IMG/VR virus record: IMGVR_UViG_3300031555_001469
Origin: a virus
Taxonomy: Duplodnaviria > Caudoviricetes
DNA: 64,000 nucleotides
Strand: one strand, 5' to 3'
Below are positions 29,551 to 38,987 of the stretch, in pieces (positions within the stretch are counted from its first letter, which is position 1; each line of letters begins with the position of its first letter). The notes under the pieces were generated by a model. It did no database searches, had not been told where the DNA came from, and saw only the letters and a program-made list of their open reading frames with translations. A program made the position numbers and the translations under genes.

Positions 29551-31455
29551 ATGCCAATTATTCCAAACTTTCCAAAAAGACAAACCTATGCTTCGGAACA
29601 GACAAGAGGTTTGTGTAAAAAAGAAGATGTGACATTTCTTCGATCTTTACAAAATAAATTAGATTCTGCTGGTAATATTATTGGTAGAAAAATACATTCG
29701 TTAGCTTCATTAACAGATCTTAATGAAGCGATTAATCTTGCTAATAATGATATCGTAATAGTACTTGGTAACGAGTCTATTTTAGACGATGGACTTATTA
29801 GATTTTATCTCATCTCAAATGAGTCATCTTGGGTTACAGATAAGGATATTATAGCCCTGCCTTTCAATAATTTATATGCTAAATTAATAGTAAAATTGAT
29901 TGATGATGCATTAATTGATGAACAGCTCGCTTCTATTATTACAAGCTATAGTGAAAATGTAGATGTTCTTGAAAGCGATATCGCTGCTATTATTGCATCT
30001 GTAGGTACTGAAGACTGCGAGGAATTAGTCAATTCCAGAATTGATGAGAATGATATTTCTCATAAATCTCTTAAGGAAAGAATAGATAATATTGCTATTC
30101 TTTGCGATAATAGAGATATGAAAAGATATGGAGTAAAGTTTAGCGGTGTTAATTCATATGGCACAAGATTGTATAATGCATATGGAAAAACTGCTCAGGC
30201 TTCTACCGATACTATTAAAGGAAAGAATGATTTTGATTCAATTTATCCATGGAGTCATGTTGTAAGGTGTAATGGATATTATGAAGAGGATGGTACTTTT
30301 GTAGTTACTGCATATGACGGAGAACCAGGATTTGCTTTAGATGGTTCTAATGGTAATGTATGGGTAGAAATACCTAAATTCTATATTAGAGAAGTATTAG
30401 ATATTAATGATGATCTTGTAATGGAATTATGCCCTGCTCAGTTAGGAGAATATAGATTACCAGAAAAATTCATTAATTCTGATGGTACTACTAAAGAAAA
30501 AGCATATATTGCTGCTTATAATGTGTCTAAATATAATGATGCACCTGCATCAGTTTCAGGTTTAACTCCTGAATATGGTTCATATGAATCATTCTTAACT
30601 GATATTCAGACAACACTCGGAGAAGATTATTGTGGCTATACAGTAGATGATTATGAAATTATAAGATTCTTATTCTGTATTGAATATGCCACAAGAAACT
30701 CTCAGCTTAAAATGTACGGAGCAACTAAGCTTACTCCAAATAGTAAACTGGTTGCTGCTACAGAATCTAATGTGTTAACAATTGAATCTACTTCGGTAAA
30801 TTATGTAGTAAATGAGAATTGTTATATTGCAGATTCTGAAGGAAATATTGTTTTAGATGATATCACTATTACAGCAGTAAACACCAGCGGTGATACTACA
30901 CAATTAACTATTGATGCTACTATAGAAATATTAGATGGATATAGTGTAGTAGCAAAACCTTGGAAAACTGGATCTACTGATTCTGTTTTAGCACCATCTG
31001 GATCCCCTGTAAGTAATATATCTGGTATGTATCCATGTAGATATAGATATATCGAAAACCCTTGGGGTAACCAGTGGAACATTTTATATCAGACTTTATG
31101 TAAAGTAAATAAGATTTATTTTACCAAAGCCGCAACAAATTTGTCTAATAAGACTTCTAATAAATATCGTGTATTAACCTATGAATGTCCAGAAAGCAAT
31201 GGTTATATCACATATTTAGGAACTGATGATAGATTTCCTTCCTGTAGATTTCCAAGTGAAATAAATGGAGGAAATTCTTATACTGCTTATGCAGATCTTT
31301 ATACAACAGATAATCTTTCTGATGATACTACAGCTGTGCTTATTGGTGGTAGTCTTAGCTACGGTGTTTCTGCTGGATTATATGCTATTGAAGTTAGCAC
31401 TATAACAAGCTTAGTTGACAAGAGTTTCGGAACCAGATTATCATACTCTAAATAA
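29551..31455 (+). CDS. Receptor-binding/tail fibre protein B with C-type-lectin/FGE-like C-terminus
   Basis: Same motifs as 27540-29447; late promoter at 29511. Confidence 0.8.
   Translation: MPIIPNFPKRQTYASEQTRGLCKKEDVTFLRSLQNKLDSAGNIIGRKIHSLASLTDLNEAINLANNDIVIVLGNESILDDGLIRFYLISNESSWVTDKDIIALPFNNLYAKLIVKLIDDALIDEQLASIITSYSENVDVLESDIAAIIASVGTEDCEELVNSRIDENDISHKSLKERIDNIAILCDNRDMKRYGVKFSGVNSYGTRLYNAYGKTAQASTDTIKGKNDFDSIYPWSHVVRCNGYYEEDGTFVVTAYDGEPGFALDGSNGNVWVEIPKFYIREVLDINDDLVMELCPAQLGEYRLPEKFINSDGTTKEKAYIAAYNVSKYNDAPASVSGLTPEYGSYESFLTDIQTTLGEDYCGYTVDDYEIIRFLFCIEYATRNSQLKMYGATKLTPNSKLVAATESNVLTIESTSVNYVVNENCYIADSEGNIVLDDITITAVNTSGDTTQLTIDATIEILDGYSVVAKPWKTGSTDSVLAPSGSPVSNISGMYPCRYRYIENPWGNQWNILYQTLCKVNKIYFTKAATNLSNKTSNKYRVLTYECPESNGYITYLGTDDRFPSCRFPSEINGGNSYTAYADLYTTDNLSDDTTAVLIGGSLSYGVSAGLYAIEVSTITSLVDKSFGTRLSYSK
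30298..30395. repeat. Right arm of the 98-nt inverted repeat
   Basis: Reverse complement of 28603-28700 with 2 mismatches. Confidence 0.9.
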
Positions 31456-31469
31456 GGAGGATTATAATA

Positions 31470-32444
31470 ATGGCTGTTATAAATAGTTTACCACTCACTG
31501 CCAAATACCATAATGTAGATGCTAGACGAGATGGTTTAATGTCTAAAGAAGATAAGGTAAAACTTGATGGTTTAGAATCTTCTTTTAGTTATGAGTTTTT
31601 AGTTGACCCATTAGATTGGGAACAGAATGATGATGGGGATTATGTGGCTTCTGTTAAAGTACCAGATCTTGCTTCTAATATGTATGCTGTACTTATTCCT
31701 CAGAGTTCTTGTACTAAGAAACAATACTATGCTATCGTTGATAGTAATTTAGATGTAAGAAATGCTGCTGATGGTACGATCGAAATTACAACAGGATCTA
31801 TACCAGAAATAGCATTACCTTTAAATGTATTATATTCGGCAAATGCTGTTATGATATCAATGCCACAGATTTATAAAGAAGAAAATGCGGTTTATGAATT
31901 TACTTTAAGAGCTGCTGACTGGACTGGAGAAAGTGCTCCATATACTCAGACAGTAGTTGTTGAAGATCTTAATCCTAATATGTATGGTGCAGTATCTTTA
32001 GCCGAAGATTATACAGCTCAGGAATTAAGAGCTGCAATCTTAGCTAAGATTGATTTTGCTCAGCAGGATAATATGGTTATCTTCAAGGCAACTGAAGAAA
32101 AGCCTACTGTTGATATTAGAGGATACATTACTTATGGTAATAATGTAGCAATGTCCTTTTACCCATTGGCTAATTCAAATGGCTTAATGGAAGCTGCAGA
32201 TGTCTCTATTGATAATTCTATTATTGATATTGATGGAGATCCGAAAAATGTGCAAACTGCACTTAAAGAAATATGGAACCGTATGGTAAGAACTACAGAT
32301 GGTAATTTTGACATAACTAAGAAATTAGAAGTTAAAATTGGTATGTGTTTCTTTGATACGGTTTTAGGAAAACCTGTATGGTGTAAATCAAAAAACCCAT
32401 ATGTGTTTGTGGATGCTATGGGAGAAGAAGTTTATACTGTTTAA
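31470..32444 (+). CDS. Tail fibre protein with two ~105-aa beta-modules
   Basis: DGLMSKEDKVKLD; modules FLVDPLDW and FTLRAADW; C-terminal G.CFFDTVLGKPVW. Confidence 0.75.
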   Translation: MAVINSLPLTAKYHNVDARRDGLMSKEDKVKLDGLESSFSYEFLVDPLDWEQNDDGDYVASVKVPDLASNMYAVLIPQSSCTKKQYYAIVDSNLDVRNAADGTIEITTGSIPEIALPLNVLYSANAVMISMPQIYKEENAVYEFTLRAADWTGESAPYTQTVVVEDLNPNMYGAVSLAEDYTAQELRAAILAKIDFAQQDNMVIFKATEEKPTVDIRGYITYGNNVAMSFYPLANSNGLMEAADVSIDNSIIDIDGDPKNVQTALKEIWNRMVRTTDGNFDITKKLEVKIGMCFFDTVLGKPVWCKSKNPYVFVDAMGEEVYTV

Positions 32445-32449
32445 AACAA

Positions 32450-32482
32450 TTCCCAGAATAGGCACACAGCCTATTCTGGGAA
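32450..32482 (+). terminator. Terminator hairpin
   Basis: TTCCCAGAATAGGC/GCCTATTCTGGGAA 14-bp stem. Confidence 0.8.
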
Positions 32483-32530
32483 AATTTTAAAGGACATAGA
32501 AGTAATACTGACGTATAAAACTTAAAGAAA

Positions 32531-33334
32531 GTGAGGATGAACTGTATGGTTTACTTAACTACTGTAACAGAAACACTTGATCAAGTTGGGAGTGTCGCTG
32601 AGAACATAGAAAAGTATGGATCTAATGCAGTAATATTAGCTGTCTTTATCATTATACTTCTTATTGTTGTTATGTATATCTACGGATCTAATAAAAAGTT
32701 TATTGAGACTCTGATTAGTAATAATCAATCTTATTACGAAGCACTTAAGAAACAGAATAAAGATTTGTTAGATAAACTAATGGATGCAAATGAGCAGATA
32801 AGAAACTACGATGAAAAAGACCTTGCTAGTATTTTCGTTAAATTAGATGACAATCTTAAATCTATATGCCAAGAAGTACAGCGTAAGCTCAAAGCAGAAT
32901 GTGTATGTGTTTATGTGTTGCATAATGGAACAGTATCAATCCATGGTTTACCATTTTTTAAAATGAGTTGTATAAGTGAGTGGACAAGAAAAGGTTCTGG
33001 TGTATCGAGTAGAATTAAAGAACACACTAACTTACCTATAAATTTGTTTAATGACCTTATATCTGGATTATTCCAAAATGCTGAATATATTATCGATGTT
33101 GATAATATTGAGAATACTAACTTTAAAATGTTTGTTAATGGACCTAGAGTTAGTAAGAGTATATTTATCCCTATATACGATGATGAAAATAAAATGATGG
33201 GATTCATTGTTGCAGATTTCACCAACGAATTAGGGGATGATGAAGAAAGTATTCAGAAAGTTAAAAATGAATTAACAGAAACTGCTAAAGCTATGGCTTT
33301 AGTTCTCGATTATTCTGGATACAGAGAAATTTAA
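32531..33334 (+). CDS. Single-TM protein with coiled coil and GAF-like domain; holin candidate
   Basis: TM segment AVILAVFIIILLIVVMYIY; C-terminal SIFIPIYD...MMGFIVADF GAF-like strands; late promoter at 32493. Confidence 0.55.
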   Translation: MRMNCMVYLTTVTETLDQVGSVAENIEKYGSNAVILAVFIIILLIVVMYIYGSNKKFIETLISNNQSYYEALKKQNKDLLDKLMDANEQIRNYDEKDLASIFVKLDDNLKSICQEVQRKLKAECVCVYVLHNGTVSIHGLPFFKMSCISEWTRKGSGVSSRIKEHTNLPINLFNDLISGLFQNAEYIIDVDNIENTNFKMFVNGPRVSKSIFIPIYDDENKMMGFIVADFTNELGDDEESIQKVKNELTETAKAMALVLDYSGYREI

Positions 33335-33350
33335 AATAATAAAAGGAGGT

Positions 33351-35480
33351 ATGTTTATGAAACCCGGAAAAGCAACAGCTGCTTCTGTTTCATTACTATC
33401 TTTAGAAACCGAAGTATCAGAAGATAAAATACTTCAACACGTTGGCGATGAGAGTATACATACTTCTGGTTATGAAAAGGAACAAATAGCTGAAGCCCTT
33501 AAGTCTTTTGCCGACCACAAAAATGACGGCAATGTGCATGTATCCAAAGAGCAAATAGAAGATTGGACTGGTAAAGAAACCCCATCTGGAGCTCAGGATA
33601 AAGTAAATAAGGTAAAGAGCTTATTACAGAAACATGAGAACGATTCTAACGTGCATGTTACTGTTAAGGAAAAAGAAAAATTGCATGATAAATATACGAG
33701 AGCTGAGATTAATGCTTTATTATCTTCAATTGTATCTAGTATCAACTGGGTAGAAGAAGTAGAGACATATGATCAGATTAGTATAGTACACCCTAATCCA
33801 TCTGTAAGAGATACTTGTACAGTACTTGATACTGGAATATCTTATACTTTTAATGGGAAGCAATGGGTTGTTTCTTTCGTATCATTCTTACCTGTAGCTA
33901 CTCCAGTAGAAGATGGTAGAATGTCTAAAGAAGACAAACAAAAATTAGACGACATTGAGCAGGGTGCTAATAACTATCAGCACCCTGACGATGAGTATAG
34001 TAGACATGTAACTGATTCACAGATTAATAGTTGGGAGCATAAAGCAGATGATGTCGAAGCTACAACTATAAATCGTGGGTTAATGTCCCCTACAGATAAA
34101 AAGAAACTCAATTCTGTAGAATACAATGCGAATTATTATGAGCATCCATCTAAGCATCATTATTCTATGATTGAAACAGATGACACTCATCAGTTTATAT
34201 CTAAGGATGAAATTGAATATTTCAATACTAAGGTAGATCCTGACGAATTGCAATCTGCAATTGAAGATGCTATAGATGAAGCAAACAGATACGTCAATAA
34301 TGTAATTAGTAATTTATCTAATACTACTCCAGAATTATATAATCTTTTGATGACTATTCGTAAAGAATTATCTTCTGATACGATTAGTATATTATTAAGA
34401 GATATATCTGGTAAATTAGATACTGAATCATTTAATAACCATGTAAATGATGAATATATTCATGTCACTCCAGAAATGGTGAAGAAAATAAATACTTTAT
34501 TAGCTGATCCTAAGATTGACTGGAATGAGACGAATCCTAATTCTCCTAAGTACATTGTTAATAAACCAGAAGCTTTACCTGCTAATGGTGGTAATGCTGA
34601 TACTGTAGGAGGACTTTCTGCAGCTGCTTTATTATCAAATAGAAAAGCTGCTACTGTAACTATTGGTACATTAAGAGCAAACTGTTTAACAAGATCTGTA
34701 GATTATATTTGTGATGGTAAAAATGATGCAGAAGTTATTCAGAAAGCTTTTAATATGATATCAAGTTTCGGTGGAACAATTCTTTTTAGAGAAGGTACTT
34801 ATTTAGTTGATTCCTCACTTACATTACATGGTAATAATATTACCATCGATTCTTGCAATGCTACAATTGAAAAGACTTTCTCTGATGGAACTTTGTTAAA
34901 TGTGTCTGGAGATAACTGTGTGATAAAGAATTTGTCTTTTAAGTATGGTTCGTACCCAAACAATAACAATACATTCATTAATATCAAAGGATCTAATAAT
35001 ATAATAAGAGATAACCATTTCTTAAATGGCAGTGCTGTTATATTAGGATCTGGTTCTAATAATATTATCTCTCACAATGTTATAGATAATCCTTTCTATG
35101 GTATAAGTGTTATGCCTGAGAAAGGTAATGCTAATTACAATTCAGTGAATGATAATAGTATTATAGGTGGTCAATATGGTATCGTTATTAAAGGTACTAG
35201 TTGGTCTATCCTTCACAACTTTATCAAGGATAATAAGATACTTAACTGTGGTGTTGGATTATGGTTAACGTCTTCTGTTCCTATCAATGATAAGGTAAGT
35301 GGTTGTGGTATTACTGGCAATCATGTTCTTAGAGGGTTTGGTGATGACTCCTCTTATGGAACCAACCAAAAAGACATATTGGTCGAGTATGGATTTAAGA
35401 ACATCATTTCAGGAAACACTCTGAAAAAGATCGAGATCAGAGGCTCTAAGAATCAGGTTGTTAATAATATAAATGTATAA
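33351..35480 (+). CDS. Tailspike/tail fibre with pectin-lyase-like beta-helix (putative depolymerase)
   Basis: H.xD...HV(S/T) repeats; GRMSKEDKQKLD; DYICDGKNDAEVIQKA...GGTILFREGTY; N-rich beta-helix repeats. Confidence 0.82.
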   Translation: MFMKPGKATAASVSLLSLETEVSEDKILQHVGDESIHTSGYEKEQIAEALKSFADHKNDGNVHVSKEQIEDWTGKETPSGAQDKVNKVKSLLQKHENDSNVHVTVKEKEKLHDKYTRAEINALLSSIVSSINWVEEVETYDQISIVHPNPSVRDTCTVLDTGISYTFNGKQWVVSFVSFLPVATPVEDGRMSKEDKQKLDDIEQGANNYQHPDDEYSRHVTDSQINSWEHKADDVEATTINRGLMSPTDKKKLNSVEYNANYYEHPSKHHYSMIETDDTHQFISKDEIEYFNTKVDPDELQSAIEDAIDEANRYVNNVISNLSNTTPELYNLLMTIRKELSSDTISILLRDISGKLDTESFNNHVNDEYIHVTPEMVKKINTLLADPKIDWNETNPNSPKYIVNKPEALPANGGNADTVGGLSAAALLSNRKAATVTIGTLRANCLTRSVDYICDGKNDAEVIQKAFNMISSFGGTILFREGTYLVDSSLTLHGNNITIDSCNATIEKTFSDGTLLNVSGDNCVIKNLSFKYGSYPNNNNTFINIKGSNNIIRDNHFLNGSAVILGSGSNNIISHNVIDNPFYGISVMPEKGNANYNSVNDNSIIGGQYGIVIKGTSWSILHNFIKDNKILNCGVGLWLTSSVPINDKVSGCGITGNHVLRGFGDDSSYGTNQKDILVEYGFKNIISGNTLKKIEIRGSKNQVVNNINV

Positions 35481-35548
35481 GTTTAAGGCTAGGGTATTAA
35501 ATTACCCTAGCCTGAACTTTTTATTAATATTAAAAGGAGGTATAAAAT

Positions 35549-36157
35549 ATGGACGATTTAACTTTATCGTTAATTATCATTGCTTTATTATGTATTAATC
35601 TTATTCCTATATACATAATGGTGACCAAATTTCTTTCTAAGAAAGAACCAAAAGGAAAAAAGAAAAAGATTTCTGAAGAATCATTTAACGAATTATATGA
35701 TGCTTGTTTTGCTGTATTAAAAGATTTAATCTATAGAAGAGAATATTTTAATACATTCATAGAACTCGCTGATCATGTCAAAGACTACTATCTTACCCAT
35801 ATCTCTATAGAATCTTATAAAGGTATAGATGAAGAGATTAGAGATATTACAGTGTTTGGTATTGTAGTATATATAGTCAAAGAACATGAATTCGAATCAA
35901 GGCTAATCAAAAAGCCTATAGCTAATATGTCTATAGAACATCGTGGTGCAGGTGTAAAAGAAGATGGTTCTGTAACTATACCATCTGAAGTATTATCTAG
36001 ATTCGGTGGTAAAGTTGTAGCCCACACTACAGACCCAGAAGAACCTACAATTGAATACATTAAATCTACCGATAAACCTAAATCTGTAGAAATAAAGGAA
36101 CCAAAATACGATAAAGAATCTATGATACATTCTATCAACCAATTTTATGAAGAATAG
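35549..36157 (+). CDS. Membrane-anchored late protein
   Basis: N-terminal TM followed by a basic patch; late promoter at 35515. Confidence 0.75.
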   Translation: MDDLTLSLIIIALLCINLIPIYIMVTKFLSKKEPKGKKKKISEESFNELYDACFAVLKDLIYRREYFNTFIELADHVKDYYLTHISIESYKGIDEEIRDITVFGIVVYIVKEHEFESRLIKKPIANMSIEHRGAGVKEDGSVTIPSEVLSRFGGKVVAHTTDPEEPTIEYIKSTDKPKSVEIKEPKYDKESMIHSINQFYEE

Positions 36158-36159
36158 AC

Positions 36160-37437
36160 TCAGTTGAGTCTATTCTTCATAGCTTCGTCTAAATTGACGA
36201 TGGTCGAATTTACGTAATTCATATCAATATAAATAGCTGCACAAGATACAGGGTCAGTATGAAGTTCTGTGCAAGTAACTTCTAGTGTTTCCCAATTTAT
36301 CTTAGTCGGCAACTCTTTCCCATTATTATGAATCTTAATATCTAAGAAGACTGATGGACTGACCATAATTGATTTAGTATAGTCTATAACTCTTCCTACA
36401 TCAGACCCTACAAATAATGGAGTAAAGTCTATATTAATATATTCATGTAGATTGGTTTCTACGATATCCGTACTGAGAAATTTATTCCATCCTTTTTCAT
36501 TAGTATCAGGAATATAACCTAATCTAATGGTATTAATAAATGTAATATTTTCTCCATTTACAGTATCTCCTAAGATACCAATAAGTTTGTTTTCTTGTAA
36601 AGAATATAAGATATAAACCTGAGGTGCTGGGAATCTAGTTTCTGTATTAATTTCAATTGTGAAATTGCCCATTAACTGTCCAGTTCTTTCTCCATTGTCT
36701 ATACTTATATCAGTAACTCTAGTATGCACATACATATCAGTTACTCTAATAAAGAACTCCTGTCTACCATTTACATATCTAAGTTTATAGATAAAAGGTA
36801 TAGCAGAGTGTGAATTTAAATATACTAAGAATTCATCTATCTTATAGATTTTCTTCTTTTCTTTATCTGTTTTAAATCCAGCGTGTTCAGCAACCTGTAA
36901 AAGTAATTCAAAAGGTACATGAACATCGGTAGATATATACTGACCAGAAGTCTGTCCTAATGCTAACTTCAGTCTCTGGTATAAATCTAACTGCTGACTC
37001 TTGGTCTTAACTTTTATCTTATATTGAGTATTTAACTTCAGTACTTCAAAGTTAATACCAATTCTCATATCATTTTTATGATCAATAAAGAACGCTCTAT
37101 CAAAGCCAGATCTCTTTACATAAGTTTTAAGCTTAGTGCAATTAAGATCCAGATATTCATTATTGAATTGATAATCTAATTCTGGAATAATAGTTAAATT
37201 AGGTGATGGTCTCTTAAGTAACTGCGCTCTAGTTAATTTAGCCATCTCACTAAATATATGGCTACCATCTACATATATAGATTCATCTTTAAAGAAATTT
37301 TTTGGACATCTTTCTATAATCCAATTCTTCACATATTCTATAGCAACACTATATGCATGAGAATGTGATGGTACTATAAGATCACTATATAGTGACCCCT
37401 TAGATATTTCCTGAATAGTAACTTTTCTTATAGCCAT
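36160..37437 (-). CDS. Late virion structural protein (possibly tail completion/terminator-like)
   Basis: Long ORF with AGGAGG SD and late promoter at 37475; function inferred weakly. Confidence 0.55.
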   Translation of the reverse strand: MAIRKVTIQEISKGSLYSDLIVPSHSHAYSVAIEYVKNWIIERCPKNFFKDESIYVDGSHIFSEMAKLTRAQLLKRPSPNLTIIPELDYQFNNEYLDLNCTKLKTYVKRSGFDRAFFIDHKNDMRIGINFEVLKLNTQYKIKVKTKSQQLDLYQRLKLALGQTSGQYISTDVHVPFELLLQVAEHAGFKTDKEKKKIYKIDEFLVYLNSHSAIPFIYKLRYVNGRQEFFIRVTDMYVHTRVTDISIDNGERTGQLMGNFTIEINTETRFPAPQVYILYSLQENKLIGILGDTVNGENITFINTIRLGYIPDTNEKGWNKFLSTDIVETNLHEYINIDFTPLFVGSDVGRVIDYTKSIMVSPSVFLDIKIHNNGKELPTKINWETLEVTCTELHTDPVSCAAIYIDMNYVNSTIVNLDEAMKNRLN

Positions 37438-37468
37438 TGAAATTCCTCCTTTCAGACAAAAAATAAAG

Positions 37469-37501
37469 TTCCCATTATCTCAATGTTTGAGATAATGGGA
37501 A
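37469..37501 (-). terminator. Terminator of the PARG operon, containing a late promoter
   Basis: 15-bp stem TTCCCATTATCTCAA/TTGAGATAATGGGAA plus TTTATTTTTT tail. Confidence 0.8.
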
Positions 37502-37507
37502 ACTGTT

Positions 37508-38287
37508 TTAATTATTAAATATATCTATGAATGCTTCGAAATTCTTTCCTCCAGGAATTGCAAATACTACCTTTTCAAAACAATTAGCGTACTTAGTCTT
37601 TAAAAAGTATTTGAATATAGTTGCAACTTCGTAAGGGTCATTACCGAATACTCCACATCCAAAAGCACCTAATATTAATGTATCTACCTTCTCAGAATAT
37701 GCTGTATATAATACATGGTTTATTCTGGAAACAAGAGCGTTATTTACATCATCATCAGATACTCTATAATATTTCTGTGCACTTTTCTTATTAGGAGCAG
37801 CACACGTTATAACATCAGCTCTGTATATAACACCAGCATAATCTTCAAAGATTACATCCGGTGTATATATAGCTCTATCCACATATAATGATTTATTAAG
37901 CATTTTCTTATTCTGGTTATAATAGGTTGGTGCAAATGCTAATAAGATATTATATAAATTAGACGTATGACATAACGCTTCTTCCTGAGCATTAGAGCCA
38001 TTTAAAAACATACCACCTGGCTTCTTAAAAGAAGCGAAGTTTAATGCTGCTAACTTAAGACTGATTGGTCGATATCTAAATATAGCATTAGTAGTATCAA
38101 GTTCCTCAATCAGAATATTCATATTCGGAAATCTAGGCTTTATATCAGGAACTCCGTCGAACCAGTCATATACTTTAGACCTATCAATAGAGTCAGATGT
38201 ATTAGGTTCATACTGAAATTTCATCTTCAGATAATGAGCCTGTGCTAATTCTGATAACTGTTCTTTATGTTTTCTTGGATCAAACAT
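37508..38287 (-). CDS. Bacterial-type poly(ADP-ribose) glycohydrolase macrodomain (TIGR02452 family)
   Basis: LNFAS..KPGG.FLNGS.AQEEALC, DVITCAAPN, LILGAFGCGVFGN. Confidence 0.92.
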   Translation of the reverse strand: MFDPRKHKEQLSELAQAHYLKMKFQYEPNTSDSIDRSKVYDWFDGVPDIKPRFPNMNILIEELDTTNAIFRYRPISLKLAALNFASFKKPGGMFLNGSNAQEEALCHTSNLYNILLAFAPTYYNQNKKMLNKSLYVDRAIYTPDVIFEDYAGVIYRADVITCAAPNKKSAQKYYRVSDDDVNNALVSRINHVLYTAYSEKVDTLILGAFGCGVFGNDPYEVATIFKYFLKTKYANCFEKVVFAIPGGKNFEAFIDIFNN

Positions 38288-38522
38288 TGGCTTCTACCTC
38301 CTCTAATTTATAATATGGTGAAATGGATTCTATAACTCTCCAAATCATTGTGTTTAATTTAGGTTCAAACTGGGTATTCATTTCTGGATTATCGGAAATA
38401 CAATACAACCAGCTAAAGTCTGCAATCTCGTTATCAGGTTCTATCATAACTACAGTACCATGTCCTTCAATACCTGTAATCTCATCGATAACTGTAATCT
38501 TTAAAATCTTATTTTGTTCCAT
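38280..38522 (-). CDS. Hypothetical protein
   Basis: ORF with GGAGGT SD in an operon. Confidence 0.7.
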   Translation of the reverse strand: MEQNKILKITVIDEITGIEGHGTVVMIEPDNEIADFSWLYCISDNPEMNTQFEPKLNTMIWRVIESISPYYKLEEVEANV

Positions 38523-38918
38523 TTAATCTACCTCCAACTCAACTAACTTATTATGAAGTATTCTAGCTTCGACATATTTATCGAAATATTTCACTCCAAC
38601 GAAGTGATCATTATGATCAAACCATTTTTTATTAATTTCATCATAATTATCTCCTTCAATTTCCAATCCGTATAAAGAACCTATTCTCTTCATCTCAAGA
38701 ACAGCTTCTTCTTTAGCCTTTCTGATATCCTCAGATTTAGGTACGATATTATTTAATGCAGTAAAGTATCCGATATAAGAAATATATCTTTTAAATTTCT
38801 CAATATCTTCCTCGCTGCCATAAATATACTTTGATTTGATTATTTCATAACACAAACCAAACTCCTTAGCTTCGTAGTCCTTGTCTCCATTTGAACAAAA
38901 CATCTTTACTACGTTCAT
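38523..38918 (-). CDS. Hypothetical protein
   Basis: ORF with AAGGAG SD. Confidence 0.75.
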   Translation of the reverse strand: MNVVKMFCSNGDKDYEAKEFGLCYEIIKSKYIYGSEEDIEKFKRYISYIGYFTALNNIVPKSEDIRKAKEEAVLEMKRIGSLYGLEIEGDNYDEINKKWFDHNDHFVGVKYFDKYVEARILHNKLVELEVD

Positions 38919-38987
38919 TAGTAATATCTCCTTTTATTAATATATTTTAAGCAAGAGGATCATAGTAAATCCTCTTGCTTACTTACA

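Noticed and set aside
27540-31455. Complete DGR or invertase-driven shufflon
   Set aside because: No reverse transcriptase, template repeat or site-specific recombinase in the window; only the inverted homology is supported
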